Shown: positions 63,613 to 64,000 of the stretch, piece by piece
Layout of the letters: every line of letters begins with the position of its first letter
Position numbering within the stretch: the first letter of the stretch is position 1
Source of the DNA: Candidatus Latescibacterota bacterium
Lineage (GTDB): Bacteria > Latescibacterota > UBA2968
Reading direction: 5' to 3'
DNA: 64,000 nt
Assembly: GCA_965222605.1 (NCBI GenBank)
Contig: OZ244960.1
Span: forward strand, 6,176,001 to 6,240,000
Position numbers and translations under genes: made by a program
The notes under the pieces: generated by a model
What the model was told of the DNA's origin: nothing
The model's database searches: none
The model's input: the letters and a program-made list of their open reading frames with translations, nothing else

Positions 63613-64000
63613 ATGTCCTGCTGAGACATACTCTCGCTACCCGAATCAATCACTGGCTGATGGCGGCGTGCATGATTGCGCTGTTGTTGACTGGTTTTTT
63701 GCCGATTTTGGGGATTAAGTTTGCGTGGGTGACGCTGCACTGGGTTTCCGGCGCGATTTTCACCGCTTCTGTTTTATTTCACATTATTTATGCCATGACC
63801 CGGCAAGACTGGCGGTCTATGTGGATTGCGCCAGGAGAATTTGCAGATATTCTTTCCTCGCTGTCGGGTTCCATCAAGGCTTTGAAAGTGTCGCCCGGCA
63901 AATACTGGCTGATGCAAAAGTTTTATCATCATATTGTGGCGACCATGAGTCTCGTTGCTATTGTGACGGGTATTTTGATGCTACTTAAAATTGATTCGCC
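63609..64000 (+). CDS. Cytochrome b/b6-domain protein (FdnI/Ni-hydrogenase cytochrome b-like), 3'-truncated by the window edge
   Basis: MNVLLRHTLATRINHWLMA..LLLTG...LHWVSG...FHI...PGKY..MQKFYH; open to the end of the window. Confidence 0.85.
   Translation, partial: MNVLLRHTLATRINHWLMAACMIALLLTGFLPILGIKFAWVTLHWVSGAIFTASVLFHIIYAMTRQDWRSMWIAPGEFADILSSLSGSIKALKVSPGKYWLMQKFYHHIVATMSLVAIVTGILMLLKIDS

Noticed and set aside
1-64000. tRNA, rRNA, prophage or integrase genes
   Set aside because: None were recognised; intergenic gaps are short and were read without finding cloverleaf or rRNA signatures, though a covariance-model scan was not possible.

Overview
A gene-dense 64-kb bacterial chromosomal segment of moderate GC. 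Its content (FlgD-Ig/cohesin and dockerin-like modules, five Gfo/Idh/MocA genes, sulfatases, PhyH, DUF5916, DUF6785, WD40/MORN repeats) suggests an FCB-group organism such as Latescibacterota or Gemmatimonadota, possibly host-associated; that placement is inference only. Housekeeping blocks are anmK, ccsA-sirC-hemA-hemC-cobA/hemD, galU, mreBC, asd under a lysine riboswitch, and hsp20 with a sigma-54 promoter. Six points stand out. (1) An intact IS1341-type TnpB element with resolvable ends (TTAT|LE ... RE TCAC) inserted into the last codon of a Thr-type sulfatase-like gene without changing its protein (ACA TAA -> ACG TGA). (2) A tightly coupled, non-canonical ExbB-ExbD-[cytoplasmic domain/TM/Pro-rich]-TPR-PEGA operon faces a WG-repeat/TonB_C gene and is the best candidate for an undescribed envelope motor system. 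(3) A stand-alone cohesin-FlgD protein occurs with a dockerin-bearing DUF4955 beta-helix enzyme. (4) An accessory islet holds a MORN+WD40 lipoprotein with near-perfect DNA tandem repeats, an IS982 relic, a NotI-family REase with a Dam-family MTase, and an orphan UPF0175 gene. (5) A Tat-exported PaoABC-like molybdoenzyme is followed by a cytochrome b that appears split at an A8 / A-AAA-AAC slippery site. (6) Two 51-aa membrane ORFs are absent from the ORF track. All family calls come from motif recognition by eye; no searches were run.
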